Assembly: GCA_965222375.1 (NCBI GenBank)
Contig: CBDCTZ010000011.1
Coordinates: 1 to 64,000, forward strand
DNA: 64,000 nucleotides
From: Polyangiaceae bacterium
GTDB lineage: Bacteria > Myxococcota_A > Polyangia > Polyangiales > Polyangiaceae
Reading direction: 5' to 3'
The notes under the pieces were generated by a model that saw only the letters and a list, made by a program, of their open reading frames with translations, was not told where the DNA came from and did not search any database. Shown here one piece after another: positions 18,243 to 28,792 of this stretch (position 1 is the first letter of the stretch; each line of letters starts with the position of its first letter). The translations under genes were made by a program, and so were the position numbers.

Positions 18243-19737
18243 GTGACTATCAAGAATTGGCTTAGGGCCGCGGGATTCTTGGCAGGGTTCGGCGCTGTCG
18301 TGGCGGTCAGCGGTTGCGGAAGTCGCATCGACCCGGGGGCTGGATTTGGCGGGGGCGACGGCGGTGCCGCGTGCGGCAATGGCGTCTGTGATCCTGACGA
18401 GGATCCCACGAGCTGTCCCTCTGATTGCCCCGACGACTGCGGAAACGGCAAGTGCGATCCGGGTGAGGAAAGTTCTTGCCCCAAGGATTGCGCTGGGACC
18501 TGCGGCAACGGCAACTGCGATCCCGCGGAGACCAAGGAGTCTTGCCCGCAAGATTGCGCCAACGGCTATTGCGGAGACAAAGTTTGCGATCCCGAGACAG
18601 AAACTGCCGAGAGCTGCCCAACGGATTGTGGAGCGGGCTACTGCGGCGACACCGTTTGTGGACCGGGCGAGGATCCGTGGACGTGTCAGGAAGATTGCGG
18701 CTTCTGCGGCGACGGCCAATGCGGTGTGGGAGAGAACGAAGACAACTGCCCTACGGACTGCGAACCGCCGAGCTACTGTGGCGACGGGAAGTGCGGCCCG
18801 GGTGAAAACGAAAAGAACTGTCCCCAAGACTGCTTCAAGCCTGGATACTGCGGCAACCTAGTGTGCGAGCCGGGCGAGAATCAGAAGAACTGTCCCATCG
18901 ATTGCGGCAAGCCCGGCTACTGCGGCGATAGCTACTGCGATCCCACCTCCGAAAACCCTTACAACTGCCCGCAGGATTGCGGATTCCCGAACTACTGCGG
19001 TGATCAGATCTGTGGTCCGGGGGAGACTCCGGACAATTGCCCCATCGACTGTTGGAAGCCGAGCTACTGCGGCGACAACTACTGCGATCCGACTACGGAG
19101 AACCCGAAGAACTGCCCGCAGGACTGTGGCTTCGGATATTGCGGCGACTACGTCTGCGGTCCGGGTGAGAGTCCCTACAACTGCCCGATTGATTGCGGCT
19201 ACGGCGGCTACTGCGGCGACAACTACTGCAATCCGAACACCGAGAACCCCTACAACTGTCCTCAAGATTGCGGCTATGGCGGCTACTGTGGTGACAGCTT
19301 CTGCGGCCCTGGCGAAAACCAAAAGAACTGCCCCGTGGATTGCTACGCCGGCGGCTACTGCGGTGACACGATCTGCGGCGCAGGAGAGAACTCCTACAAC
19401 TGTCCTCAAGACTGCGGCTACGGCGGCTACTGTGGTGACTACGTGTGTGGTCCCGGTGAGAGTCCCTACAACTGCCCGATTGACTGCGGCTACGGCGGCT
19501 ACTGTGGCGACCACTTCTGCGGACCCTACGAGGACCCCTTCAGCTGTCCCATCGACTGCGGACCACCACCACCGCCTCCCCCTCCGTCCTATTGCGGCGA
19601 CAACATCTGTGATCCTGGCGAGTGGGGTTGGTGTGTCCCAGGACTGTGGTGGCGTGGGCGGTACCGGCGGAGGTGCCGCCGGCGCTGGGGGCGGCTTTCC
19701 CGCAGGCGCTGGCGGCTTCGGCGGATTTCAACCCTGA
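18243..19737 (+). CDS. Lipoprotein of 18 tandem CG[ND]xxC..E..CPxDC repeats; apparent +1 frameshift near 19635
   Basis: Lipobox VSGC; last repeat completes (QDC) in the +1 frame, then a Gly-rich tail and stop at 19737. Confidence 0.85.
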
Positions 19738-19801
19738 GCTGGGGTTGGCTCTCCCGATGGCGCTGTGCGGGCGGAATGGGGCCGTCTGATACAATGCGGG
19801 G

Positions 19802-21617
19802 ATGCGCCACACACTCTTCGGGGCTTTTGGACTAGCGGCACTGCTCAGCTTGGGCGCTTCAGCGAATGCGCAGATCCACGAACGAGTTTGGTACGCCGGC
19901 AACGCGAGCAACCAGTTGCTTCTCGATTTCGCGACTGCCCCTCCCACGGTGACCTGTAAGGGCGTGGTCGGCGCGCGCACCGGCTTCGAAGGCGGTGCCG
20001 TCTGGACCACTCCGGCGGGTGCCCTCAAGCTCTACACGGACGGATTGAAGCTCTACAACGGCAGCACGAACGCACTCATCTCAGGGACGCTAGCGGCCAA
20101 CGCGACCACCCACCGAGCCGGCGCTGATGGTGCCTAAACCCGGCGGCACACCTGACGAGTTCTACGTCTTCACGAACAACGCAGTGATCACCTCGAATGG
20201 GACGATTGCCTACCATCTGGTCGATCTTGCTGGTGGTGGACCGGGCACCATCACTCCATCCACGACCGTAGGCACCTGGAATAGCGGCGAGGCCCTCGGG
20301 TTCTTTCCCCACGCTAACGGTTCGGACTTCTGGGTTCTCACCTTCGACACTCGGGCAACCATTCGTGCCTACCAAGTTACGGCGACGGGTGTGTCGGCGA
20401 CGCCGGTGACCTCCAGCACTGGATTGGTTGGAAGCGCGGCTCGCGGGAGTATCGTTCACTCGCCCGAAGGTCACGCGCCTGGCCCTGGGTCTGTCCGGGT
20501 ACAGCGGTGGCGTGCAGGGCTTGATCGCAACCGCGCGACTTCAATCCGAGTACAGGTGTCGTAAGCAACGTCGCCACTCACGTCACTGGCGCAGTGGGCT
20601 ACTCCGTGACCTGGTCGCCAGATTCCTCCAAGCTGTACTACACCGACGGCAGCGAAGGCTGGAATGGCACGCCCAAACGCGTGCGGCTCTCCGACAACAC
20701 ATATCGTGACCGTCAAAAGCGAGACGGGGTGGGGCGGCGCCAAACTCGGCGTTGACGGCAAGATCTATTACACCGGCAACTCCAAGACGTCGTTTCTCGT
20801 TGTGGACAACCCCGACGCCACGACTCCGACGACCTCCGTGCTCTCTGCGGGTGGCTGCACCCTGGGCTTCAACCTGCCGAACCAGACGGGCTCCAGCAAC
20901 CTGCCGCCCGAGATCACCAGTGATGGCGGCGAAGACGATGCCTTCATCAGCATCCCGGAAAACACCACGCCGGTCACGACGGTTACGGCCACGGATCCAA
21001 ACACGGGCCAGACCTTGACCTTTTCCATCTCCGGTGGCGTGGACGCGGCGCACTTCGACATCAACCCGGCGACGGGCGCGTTGGTCTTCAAGACGCCGCC
21101 GGACTTCGAAGCCCCCACGGATACAGGTAAGGACAACGTCTACGAAGTCACTGTTCAGGTCTGCGATCCCCTGAACGCGTGTGATACCCAAAACATCAAC
21201 GTCGCCGTGACGGACGTGCCGGAGAACGGAACGGGCGGTGCAGGTGGACAAGCGGGTTCGGCTGGGGCCGGAGCGAGCGGGGGTAGCGCTGGCAGCGCGG
21301 GGGGTGGCGGAACCGCAGCGTCGGGTGGCGCAGGCGGAAGTGCGGCTTCCAGTGGCGCCGGAGGAAGTGCGGCCTCCAGTGGCGCGGGAGGAAGCGCGGC
21401 TTCCAGTGGCGTGGGAGGAAGTGCGGCTTCTAGTGGCAGCGGCGGCGGAAGTGCGGCAGCCGGAGGCAGCCAGGGGGGCGGGAGTGATAGCTCCGGGGAC
21501 GACGGCGGCTGCGGTTGTCGGACGCCCGGAGAGCCACTGAGTCCCGCATCCGGCTGGTGGATGGCGCTTGGCGGGTTGCTGTTACTGGCGCGCCGTCGCC
21601 GGGCTCTGCGCTGCTGA
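19802..21617 (+). CDS. Secreted beta-propeller + cadherin domain + MYXO-CTERM protein, split by four +1 frameshifts
   Basis: Signal peptide; FEGGAVWT..LYTDG; WSPDSSKLYY; cadherin PEN..ATDP..DFE..VYEVTV..VTDVPE; GCGCRTPG..LLLLARRRR; frame shifts near 20111, 20472, 20536, 20702. Confidence 0.8.
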
Positions 21618-21653
21618 GTCGGTGCTTCCTGCGGCGCGGTGACGCCGGCGAAG

Positions 21654-22517
21654 TCAGAAGGCGGCGCCGAAGTGCCCGAAGGCGCCTCCTGGAACTAGGG
21701 CTACGTTCGCCTGCCACTTCTGGCGGCGTGCTGCCTCCGCAGCCACTTCAGGGCGTGTGAGGTAAACCACCGCTGACGCACCGAGCAGCACCGCGCCCAA
21801 TGCGATGCCGCCATATCCCAGTGCGAACTTGCGGTTGACGTCGTCCACTTGGTCCTGGGTGCAGTTTGGTTTGCAGGTCTTGTTGAGATCGCTGTTGTCG
21901 CCAGCTGCTTGAAACACCAGAAAGCCACCGATACCCGCGGATACGATGCCCGCACCGCCCAAGGCGTAGACAGGCCAGGGCGTGGGACGGGTGGTGGCGA
22001 CGGGTCTTGTCGGTTGGTCTGGCTGTGGGCTTTTGCTCTGGGGCTCGGCGAGATTGAAGACCAGCGCGCGGCTCTTCTCGCCCTGACGTACCACGACAGT
22101 CTGTTTGTGCGAGCGCGCACCCAGGCTGATCTGCACCGAGTGGCGCCCGGGATCGAGTTCGATGGCTTTGCCGTCGAGGGAGTCAGCCACTTTCGTACCG
22201 TCGATGGCGAGCTCTGCGTCGACGATGTCGTTGCCTTGCTCGTCAACTGCGCTGACTACCAGGGAGGGAACGGCCTCGGAAACCTCCGAAAGCCATCGTG
22301 CGCAATCTCCCGCGAAAGGTGCCTTGCACGCACCGCTGACACACTGTTCGAGCAGGCGACGCGCTTCCAGCAACTTGGCATCCTTGCGTGCACGCTGGGC
22401 GCCTTCGTAGGTGCTGATGCACGCTTCCTGCTTGCCCGAGTCGCCTTGGGCAGGCGGGGAAATGAGTAGCAGTGTCGCGCCGACCCACAGGCGCGGATAA
22501 CGAAGAAGCGATGGCAT
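21654..22517 (-). CDS. Secreted TPR-like + PEGA domain protein
   Basis: Signal peptide; C..YE.AQ..R...KLLEAR; ELDPGRHSV; ends GHFGAAF. Confidence 0.82.
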   Translation of the reverse strand: MPSLLRYPRLWVGATLLLISPPAQGDSGKQEACISTYEGAQRARKDAKLLEARRLLEQCVSGACKAPFAGDCARWLSEVSEAVPSLVVSAVDEQGNDIVDAELAIDGTKVADSLDGKAIELDPGRHSVQISLGARSHKQTVVVRQGEKSRALVFNLAEPQSKSPQPDQPTRPVATTRPTPWPVYALGGAGIVSAGIGGFLVFQAAGDNSDLNKTCKPNCTQDQVDDVNRKFALGYGGIALGAVLLGASAVVYLTRPEVAAEAARRQKWQANVALVPGGAFGHFGAAF

Positions 22518-22522
22518 ACGCG

Positions 22523-24022
22523 CTATAGACAGTGACGCTTGATCACCCTGATTCCGTCCTTGACGGTATAGGGCGGATCGCAAGACTTTGCTACTGGCTG
22601 CTTTGGCTTCGTGGTCGTGGCAGCCGCCGGGGCTTTGGGGGCTGGGCGTGGGCTCGGCCTGGCCTTGGGTGCCGTGTCCTCGGGAGCGTCCTCGTCGGGT
22701 GGGGGGTCGGCGGGTTTCGCAGGCGCGCTAGGTTCTTCCTGGGGGGCTCGAACCTGACCGGCGCTGGCCTGGCCTCGCTGTACTCGCTCTTCTCGGGACA
22801 ACGTCGGGCCGCCACCGAGCGCCAGAACGGCGACCGCGGTGACGACCGCGACGGCGACAGCTCCTGCGACGACACGGAGAGTCGTTTTCCGTCTATTTGC
22901 CTCGATGGCGCCGCTTGCGACGGAGCCAGTGAGATCCGTTTTGAGTTGAGGGGCCTCACTCATCTCATCCGAGGACTGCTCGCTAATGGGCACCTCACGG
23001 CGGGGTGGCAGCCGAATCGTCGCTCCGGCGGCGACGCTCTGTGCGATGAGGGTCTTCTCGGTTTGAGCCGCTACGTCAGCGCGGGCCATCGCGGCGCGCA
23101 CGCGCTGGCGTCGCTGTTCCAGAGCTTCGCCGGCGTGGGACTGCACCCAGTCACCCAAGTCGTCCGAGGGCACAGGCGCTGCGATGCTAGCCAGTGCCGT
23201 GGCCATCTCTCGTGCAGTCTGAAAGCGTTTGTCGGGATTGGCCTCGAGAGCTTTCTTCACGCAAGCGTCAAGTTCCGCGGGGATGTCGGAGCGATGCTCA
23301 CTGGGCGCTGCGATGGACGAGGTCATGATCTTCGCGATCACTTCGCCGGGATTCTGTCCGCGAAACAGCCGCTTGAGGGTCAAGAGTTCCCAAAGCACGA
23401 CACCTGCAGCGAAGACGTCGGTGCGTCGATCGATCTCGCCGCCGCTCAATTGTTCCGGCGCCATGTAGGAGACCTTGCCCTTGATCTTGCCGACGGAGGT
23501 CTGTTGGATCCGCTGGGCTGCCTTCGCCACCCCGAAATCCACGACTCGCGCAACGCCATCCCGCCCCACCATGACGTTCTGGGGTGAGACGTCTCGATGC
23601 ACCACACCTAGCGGTTTCCCCTCGCGGTCGGTGGCCTCATGCGCGGCATGCAGCCCCGACAGCACGCCAACCAAGATGGCTGACACCACGGGCAGCGGTA
23701 TGCCTTCACCACCTCGCGCGCTGCGCATCAGCTTGTTCAGCGGTTCACCCTCGATGTACTCCATCACCAGGCACAGCTCGCCCTCTTCCGCAACGACGTC
23801 GTGAGTCTCCGCCACGTTGGGGTGCCGGATGGCGGCGGCAATGTGCGCTTCGTCGATGAGCATCGATACGAAGCCTTGATCTCCCACGTGGTGTGGATGC
23901 AGGCGCTTGATGGCAACTTGTCGAGAGAAGCCCGCGGCGCCTTGCGCGACGCCCAGATACACGGTGGCCATACCGCCGCTGGCGATCTCTTCCAAGACCA
24001 GATATCGCCCGACTCGCTCCAT
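22523..24022 (-). CDS. Membrane Ser/Thr protein kinase
   Basis: ASGGMATV, VAIK, HRDVSPQN, DFG, YMAPE, TM, C-terminal CDPPY..GIRVIKRHCL. Confidence 0.95.
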   Translation of the reverse strand: MERVGRYLVLEEIASGGMATVYLGVAQGAAGFSRQVAIKRLHPHHVGDQGFVSMLIDEAHIAAAIRHPNVAETHDVVAEEGELCLVMEYIEGEPLNKLMRSARGGEGIPLPVVSAILVGVLSGLHAAHEATDREGKPLGVVHRDVSPQNVMVGRDGVARVVDFGVAKAAQRIQQTSVGKIKGKVSYMAPEQLSGGEIDRRTDVFAAGVVLWELLTLKRLFRGQNPGEVIAKIMTSSIAAPSEHRSDIPAELDACVKKALEANPDKRFQTAREMATALASIAAPVPSDDLGDWVQSHAGEALEQRRQRVRAAMARADVAAQTEKTLIAQSVAAGATIRLPPRREVPISEQSSDEMSEAPQLKTDLTGSVASGAIEANRRKTTLRVVAGAVAVAVVTAVAVLALGGGPTLSREERVQRGQASAGQVRAPQEEPSAPAKPADPPPDEDAPEDTAPKARPSPRPAPKAPAAATTTKPKQPVAKSCDPPYTVKDGIRVIKRHCL

Positions 24023-24059
24023 CGGAGGCGGCGAGTATAGCAGACGCGCCCCTGCCCCC

Positions 24060-25625
24060 TTAGGGCACTACGTAAAACACCTTGTCGCCATCGACGTAAT
24101 AAACACGGGTTGGGTTCGAGCCGTGGACGACGATGGGGTGAATCGTTCCCGGATTGGCGAATTGCGCGACGGTCTCTTCGGGGCGGCTCAGATCTCGTTT
24201 GCGTCGCCGGATCTCTTTCGAACTCTGTCCGCCACCGTAGTAGACGAAGCCAGCCGGGTCGCTATCCACGGCGACGAAGGGCGCAAACTCGCAATCGAGT
24301 TGAGCAACAGTTTCCACCTTGTCGCTCCCGGTCAGCGACTGACTCACTCGATACACACCGCCCGGTGTTGGACAGCTGCCTCCTTGTTTTGCGTAGAACG
24401 CCGCCCAGAATACGTCCGAGGCGTCCAGGGCGATGGTTGTGGGATCTCGCCCTGGATCCAAGACGTAGCAGTCCGTTCCTGCGATCGAGGCGCGGCATAG
24501 GGCGGGTTGCCCGAGGTAGTCGGCTCGGACAATTGCCTTGTTCGCACCGAACCCGGCGATGACGGCCGGGTTGTTCAGTTTCCCAAGTTCGGACCCGTTG
24601 CTGTTGGCCTGGGCAAGAGCGACCCGAATGAAGCTCGAGTTGCTGTCGGTGTGGCCCAGCCAGAAGAATTGAGCAGCATGGGAAGACACTCCCTGCGCAC
24701 ACACCGCGATGCCATCACTGCCGCTCTCCACGCAGCCAGGCGAATCTTGATAAAACGGTTGTGAGAGCGTTCCGTCGTCCGCGGTCCACACCAGTCCAGG
24801 TGCGAACTGCCCGGGGACGCTGCTCGCCTGCAGGAATCCGACGTAACCACTGGTGAGCGCCACTGCCGGCGACGCGACGGGAGGGCTCAAGCTGACGACT
24901 GCCGGAGCCGAGCCGCCGACGAGCTGCAGGCTTGCGCTAGTTCGAACGTAGGCGCCGTGCGCGCCCACTGCCATGCCAATGGGGTAGTCGTTGGTGACGA
25001 GGGTGAAAGAGCCCAACTCCACGGGCTGGCACTTGCCTGCGGCGCATTTGCCACCATCGCAGTCGTGCCCACAGGCGCCGCAGTTTTTCGGGTCCGTGGC
25101 CCAGGGCGAAGGGTCCACGCATTTGCCGTTGCAGCCTTGCTGCCCCGCTGGGCATTGCTCACAATTGCCGTTTTGGCACGTCCAGCCCACGCTGCAGTTA
25201 GCACCGCAGCTTCCACAGTGCGCTTCGCTGGTTTTGACGTTGACGCAGGCGCCATCGCAGAGCGTCGCGTCTCCCGTGCAGATGCATTCCGTTCCGGAGC
25301 AGCTCGTTCCGCCCTCGCAGGCGTTGCCGCAGGAGCCGCAATGGGCGTTGTTGCCTTCGAAGAAGGGATCGTCTGGTGCGCGACACGCTCCCGCACAATC
25401 CGCCTGTCCGGGCTCGCAGGTTGCGCACTCGGTCAACGTCCGGCAGTCCCCCGTCTTCTGACACAGACTACGCCCTGGCGCACAGTCCTGCTGACAGCGT
25501 TCGGTCACGGGAATACAGGCGGAGCCGCACTTCCACTGTTCCGACTTGCATCCGGCGGTCAGGTCGTCCGAGGCACAGCCAAGGATCAGTAGGGAAAGCA
25601 GAGCGATGGTTCCAAGCGGACGCAT
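24060..25625 (-). CDS. Lipoprotein with Stig1-like Cys-rich repeats and C-terminal beta-propeller
   Basis: ILGC-ASDDL; [HN]CGxCGxxC repeats; propeller-like blades (IALD..VFW). Confidence 0.8.
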   Translation of the reverse strand: MRPLGTIALLSLLILGCASDDLTAGCKSEQWKCGSACIPVTERCQQDCAPGRSLCQKTGDCRTLTECATCEPGQADCAGACRAPDDPFFEGNNAHCGSCGNACEGGTSCSGTECICTGDATLCDGACVNVKTSEAHCGSCGANCSVGWTCQNGNCEQCPAGQQGCNGKCVDPSPWATDPKNCGACGHDCDGGKCAAGKCQPVELGSFTLVTNDYPIGMAVGAHGAYVRTSASLQLVGGSAPAVVSLSPPVASPAVALTSGYVGFLQASSVPGQFAPGLVWTADDGTLSQPFYQDSPGCVESGSDGIAVCAQGVSSHAAQFFWLGHTDSNSSFIRVALAQANSNGSELGKLNNPAVIAGFGANKAIVRADYLGQPALCRASIAGTDCYVLDPGRDPTTIALDASDVFWAAFYAKQGGSCPTPGGVYRVSQSLTGSDKVETVAQLDCEFAPFVAVDSDPAGFVYYGGGQSSKEIRRRKRDLSRPEETVAQFANPGTIHPIVVHGSNPTRVYYVDGDKVFYVVP

Positions 25626-25723
25626 AAGGATTCTTCATGATAGCGCATCGTCGGGGCATGAGGAGGGCGGGGAGCAAACCACGGCGTGGCGCCACAGCCT
25701 TTTCTCCATTGACAGCGACGTTT

Positions 25724-27316
25724 TCAGCGAACTGCTCGATAGAGCTTCGCCTGGTCGACGTAGTAGAGGTACCTGCCGTCGTGGCTGAAGGCGAAAGGAG
25801 TCGCCTCGAAGCCCTTTGGCTGCACTACGACCTCCGGCGTTGCGCCCGTTTCGGAGACCAGGATCCTCTGAATGGGACCTTGGGGAGTTTTGTCGTCCTT
25901 GCCCCGGGGCTGAACACCGGCAAAGTAGGCATACGCACCATCCCGAGTGCCGGAAAGGTCCGCCTTGGGAACCTTGCCGTTGTCTACCTCCAGGAAGATG
26001 GCGCCTTGGCAATCCGTCTTGACGATGTGCTCGAGCTTCCCTTTCCAGTCCGTGGAGGTGCGGAATACGCCATGCGGGCCTCCCGCTGGACATGGAGTCG
26101 ACTTCCACGATGCAAGATAGACGAAATCCGTGTTCGAGGCGTCCTTGTGAATCACCACCCGTTCCGGATCGATGTCGGTGCCCAAGAGCTTGCAGGATGC
26201 GTTCGAGCTGCAGAGGCTGACCAACTCGGATTGCAGGTTGCGTGCTGCGAAGAAGTACTCCTGGCCGAGCGCTGCGACGGGTCGGATGTTCTGCCCCGGC
26301 GCCGCGTCAAAGGAGGCCTGGTGGTTGACGAGGGGAATGACGCTGTGGACTCGCGAGCCCTCCGACCAGTAGAAGATGTTCCCTGCTGCTGCCAAGGAGA
26401 CCGCGCAGGTGCTCGGACTACTTTCATTGTCGCATCTCTGTGTGTGTAGCTTTTCCGTAAGCAGCGGCGACTCCCGCATCCAGTGGATCCCGACGTTGGA
26501 CAGGAAAGCCACATGGCCCTGGGAAGCGACGATCGGTGACACGCGTCCGGTTGACAGCTGCGCGTCTCCCTCTGTTGGATGCACCTCTCGCGTGGTGCTC
26601 GAATTCTTGGGTAGGAATTCGATGCCGTTGACGTGTCGCAGGTACACGCCCTCGGAGCCCACGGCGATGCCCATGGTGCCTCCAGAGCCCTTTTTCAGCT
26701 CGGCAACGACCTTACCCTGGCACATGCCGGCTTCGCAGGCGCCCCCTTCGCAGTCATGCCCGCAGTAGCCGCAGTTCTTGGGGGAGCCCAGAGCAGACTT
26801 GGGTAGGCAGCCGCCAACATCGCAAGCGACTTCATCGGGCCCGCACAGCATGCAGGTTCCGCCTGCGCAAGCCGAGTTTACGCAAGGGTTGTCACAGGCT
26901 CCGCAGTGGTCCTTCGAAGCGTTCAGATTGACGCACTCGTCGCCGCATCGCGTCAGGCCTGCTGCACATTCACACTTGCCGGTGACGCACTGTTCGGAAT
27001 TGCGACAGCGATTGTCGCAAGCCCCGCAGTGAGCATCGTTGTTCAGAAAGAAGTTCGAGTCTGTACTTCGGCACTCGCCGTCGCAGAGTGCCTCGCCAGC
27101 CCCGCAGCGCGGGCACTCCGCCGTCTTGCGGCAGTCGCCGGTGGTTTCACACAGCTCCAGCTCTGCGCTGCATTCGCCTTCGCAGCGAGTGGTCAGGGGG
27201 ATGCACTTGGAGCCGCAGCGCCATTGCTCAGCGTCGCATCCCTTGGTCAGATCTTCGGAAGCGCAGCCGGACAACGCGGCAACTAGGAGTAGGAGTAATA
27301 AGGAGGCGAGTTTCAT
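25724..27316 (-). CDS. Paralog of 24060-25625
   Basis: LSGC-ASEDLTKGC..EQW.CGS.CIP; same architecture. Confidence 0.8.
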   Translation of the reverse strand: MKLASLLLLLLVAALSGCASEDLTKGCDAEQWRCGSKCIPLTTRCEGECSAELELCETTGDCRKTAECPRCGAGEALCDGECRSTDSNFFLNNDAHCGACDNRCRNSEQCVTGKCECAAGLTRCGDECVNLNASKDHCGACDNPCVNSACAGGTCMLCGPDEVACDVGGCLPKSALGSPKNCGYCGHDCEGGACEAGMCQGKVVAELKKGSGGTMGIAVGSEGVYLRHVNGIEFLPKNSSTTREVHPTEGDAQLSTGRVSPIVASQGHVAFLSNVGIHWMRESPLLTEKLHTQRCDNESSPSTCAVSLAAAGNIFYWSEGSRVHSVIPLVNHQASFDAAPGQNIRPVAALGQEYFFAARNLQSELVSLCSSNASCKLLGTDIDPERVVIHKDASNTDFVYLASWKSTPCPAGGPHGVFRTSTDWKGKLEHIVKTDCQGAIFLEVDNGKVPKADLSGTRDGAYAYFAGVQPRGKDDKTPQGPIQRILVSETGATPEVVVQPKGFEATPFAFSHDGRYLYYVDQAKLYRAVR

Positions 27317-27400
27317 CGCTAGCGTTCCAGCTAGGCGGTTGGGGTTGAAAGTCGGCGATGCAGCCCGCGACGCCGGGGATGGGAGTGACTTGGAATGGGT

Positions 27401-27455
27401 TTGGGGTTGAGTCGCATCGCTGTCGCGCGGGTGGCCGCTACTCTCGACCTAGGCC
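27401..27455 (+). repeat. Dispersed REP-like element, copy B
   Basis: TTGGGGTTGAGTCG-N18-GGCCGCTACTCTCGACCTAGGCC. Confidence 0.7.
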
Positions 27456-27494
27456 ATGGGGTTCGTCCGACACGGGAGGTCGACCTGGGGAGGC

Positions 27495-27538
27495 GGGCCT
27501 CGCGCCAGCGCTGCTCGGTGTGCGCTGGCGCGAAGCCC
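27495..27538 (-). terminator. GC-rich hairpin just downstream of 27549-28574
   Basis: GGGCCTCGCGCCAGCG..CGCTGGCGCGAAGCCC. Confidence 0.5.
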
Positions 27539-27548
27539 TCGGGGTGGC

Positions 27549-28574
27549 TCAGGGAGTGACGGTGCGTCCCAGGGCGTAGTCGTCCTTCTTGTCTCCGTCC
27601 CAATCGATGCCAAAGGCCATCTCTGGGGCGTAGTCGTTGCCCTTGTATTGAAGCGGAACTGGGTCCTTGAAGCAGTTCTTCGCGGTGTCCCACACGTAGA
27701 GCTTGCTCTTCTCGATCACCGCCGCGGGGCGATGGGTCCCGTCAGATAGTTCGAACATGTACTCCGGCGCCTTCAGAGGCGTTCCGTTGCAGGGAGTGAC
27801 TGCGAAGACCTCGACGAACTGCGTCTTTGGCAAGTCGTAGAGCCAGATCTTGTCCGAGTTCTTGCGCAGCGCGAGGGGTAGAGCGGTGCCCGTCAAGTTG
27901 ACCGTGGCCAGCGCCACGACCTCGAAGGGCATCTTCTTGTCGTCGACGAGCGGAGCGGCGGCGCTGAACTTCTTCTTGTCCCAGTCGTCCACCAGCCGCA
28001 TGTTGGTGCCACCAAAGAGCCCCACGACGGTCTCGGTCTTCCCGCCGAGGGAGGCCGTTGAGATCAGCTCGGGCTTCAGTGGGGCCGAACCGTCTGTCCA
28101 AGAGCCGACCTCCTTGAAACGCAACGGCGTCTTCACGTCGAGGCGGTACAGTTTGCTGCCCACGCTGCCGTAGATGAGTTCCTTTCCCGCAGATGTCGCG
28201 TCGGCGTAGGCGAAGGCCGTGTCGAAAAGGAGCGGCTTGTCGTTTTCATCGACGCTGTCGACGATGATCTGATTCGTCCCATTCTGAACCAGGAACTGTG
28301 TGTACGGCGCGCCGCCAGCGCTACCGCCGCTGCCCGCGCTGCCTGCGCTTCCCGCAGAGCCTGCGCTGCCCGCGCTGCCGGCTGTCCCTCCGCTGCCCGC
28401 ACTGCCGCCGCTACCCGAGCTGCCGCCGCTGCCTGCGCTGGCGCCGCTGCCCGCTGCCCCGGCGCTGCCAGCGCTACCGCCGCTGCCGCCGCCGGAAGAG
28501 TCGTCCTCGCTGCCACAGGCGCCTAGCGCCAGGGTCAAGCATGCCGTGCAAACAAGAGTAAGTCGTTGAGCCAT
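27549..28574 (-). CDS. Lipoprotein, Gly/Ser linker + beta-rich domain with FG-GAP-like C-terminal motif
   Basis: GGAGGA RBS, LGAC lipobox, DWDGDKKDDY. Confidence 0.75.
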   Translation of the reverse strand: MAQRLTLVCTACLTLALGACGSEDDSSGGGSGGSAGSAGAAGSGASAGSGGSSGSGGSAGSGGTAGSAGSAGSAGSAGSAGSGGSAGGAPYTQFLVQNGTNQIIVDSVDENDKPLLFDTAFAYADATSAGKELIYGSVGSKLYRLDVKTPLRFKEVGSWTDGSAPLKPELISTASLGGKTETVVGLFGGTNMRLVDDWDKKKFSAAAPLVDDKKMPFEVVALATVNLTGTALPLALRKNSDKIWLYDLPKTQFVEVFAVTPCNGTPLKAPEYMFELSDGTHRPAAVIEKSKLYVWDTAKNCFKDPVPLQYKGNDYAPEMAFGIDWDGDKKDDYALGRTVTP

Positions 28575-28763
28575 GGTTGGTGTCCTCCGTGTTGGGTTCG
28601 TCCAATCCCAGCTAGAGCAAGCCGCGGGCCAGGCGAAGCCCGGCGCCATTGCGGGGTTTTTGAGGATTTCGGTTCCGGGGGTGGTGGATCGTTGATCCAC
28701 CCCCCGGAGGCGTCCCATGGACATTCTGAGTGGCTCTCTAGCCCAAACGCGCAGTGCCGACGC

Positions 28764-28780
28764 TTGGCACGTACCTTGAA
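28764..28780 (+). promoter_or_regulatory. Candidate sigma54 (-24/-12) promoter
   Basis: TTGGCACG-TACC-TTGAA (GA instead of GC at -12), 12 nt before ATG 28793. Confidence 0.55.
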
Positions 28781-28792
28781 GAAGGGCAGGGA

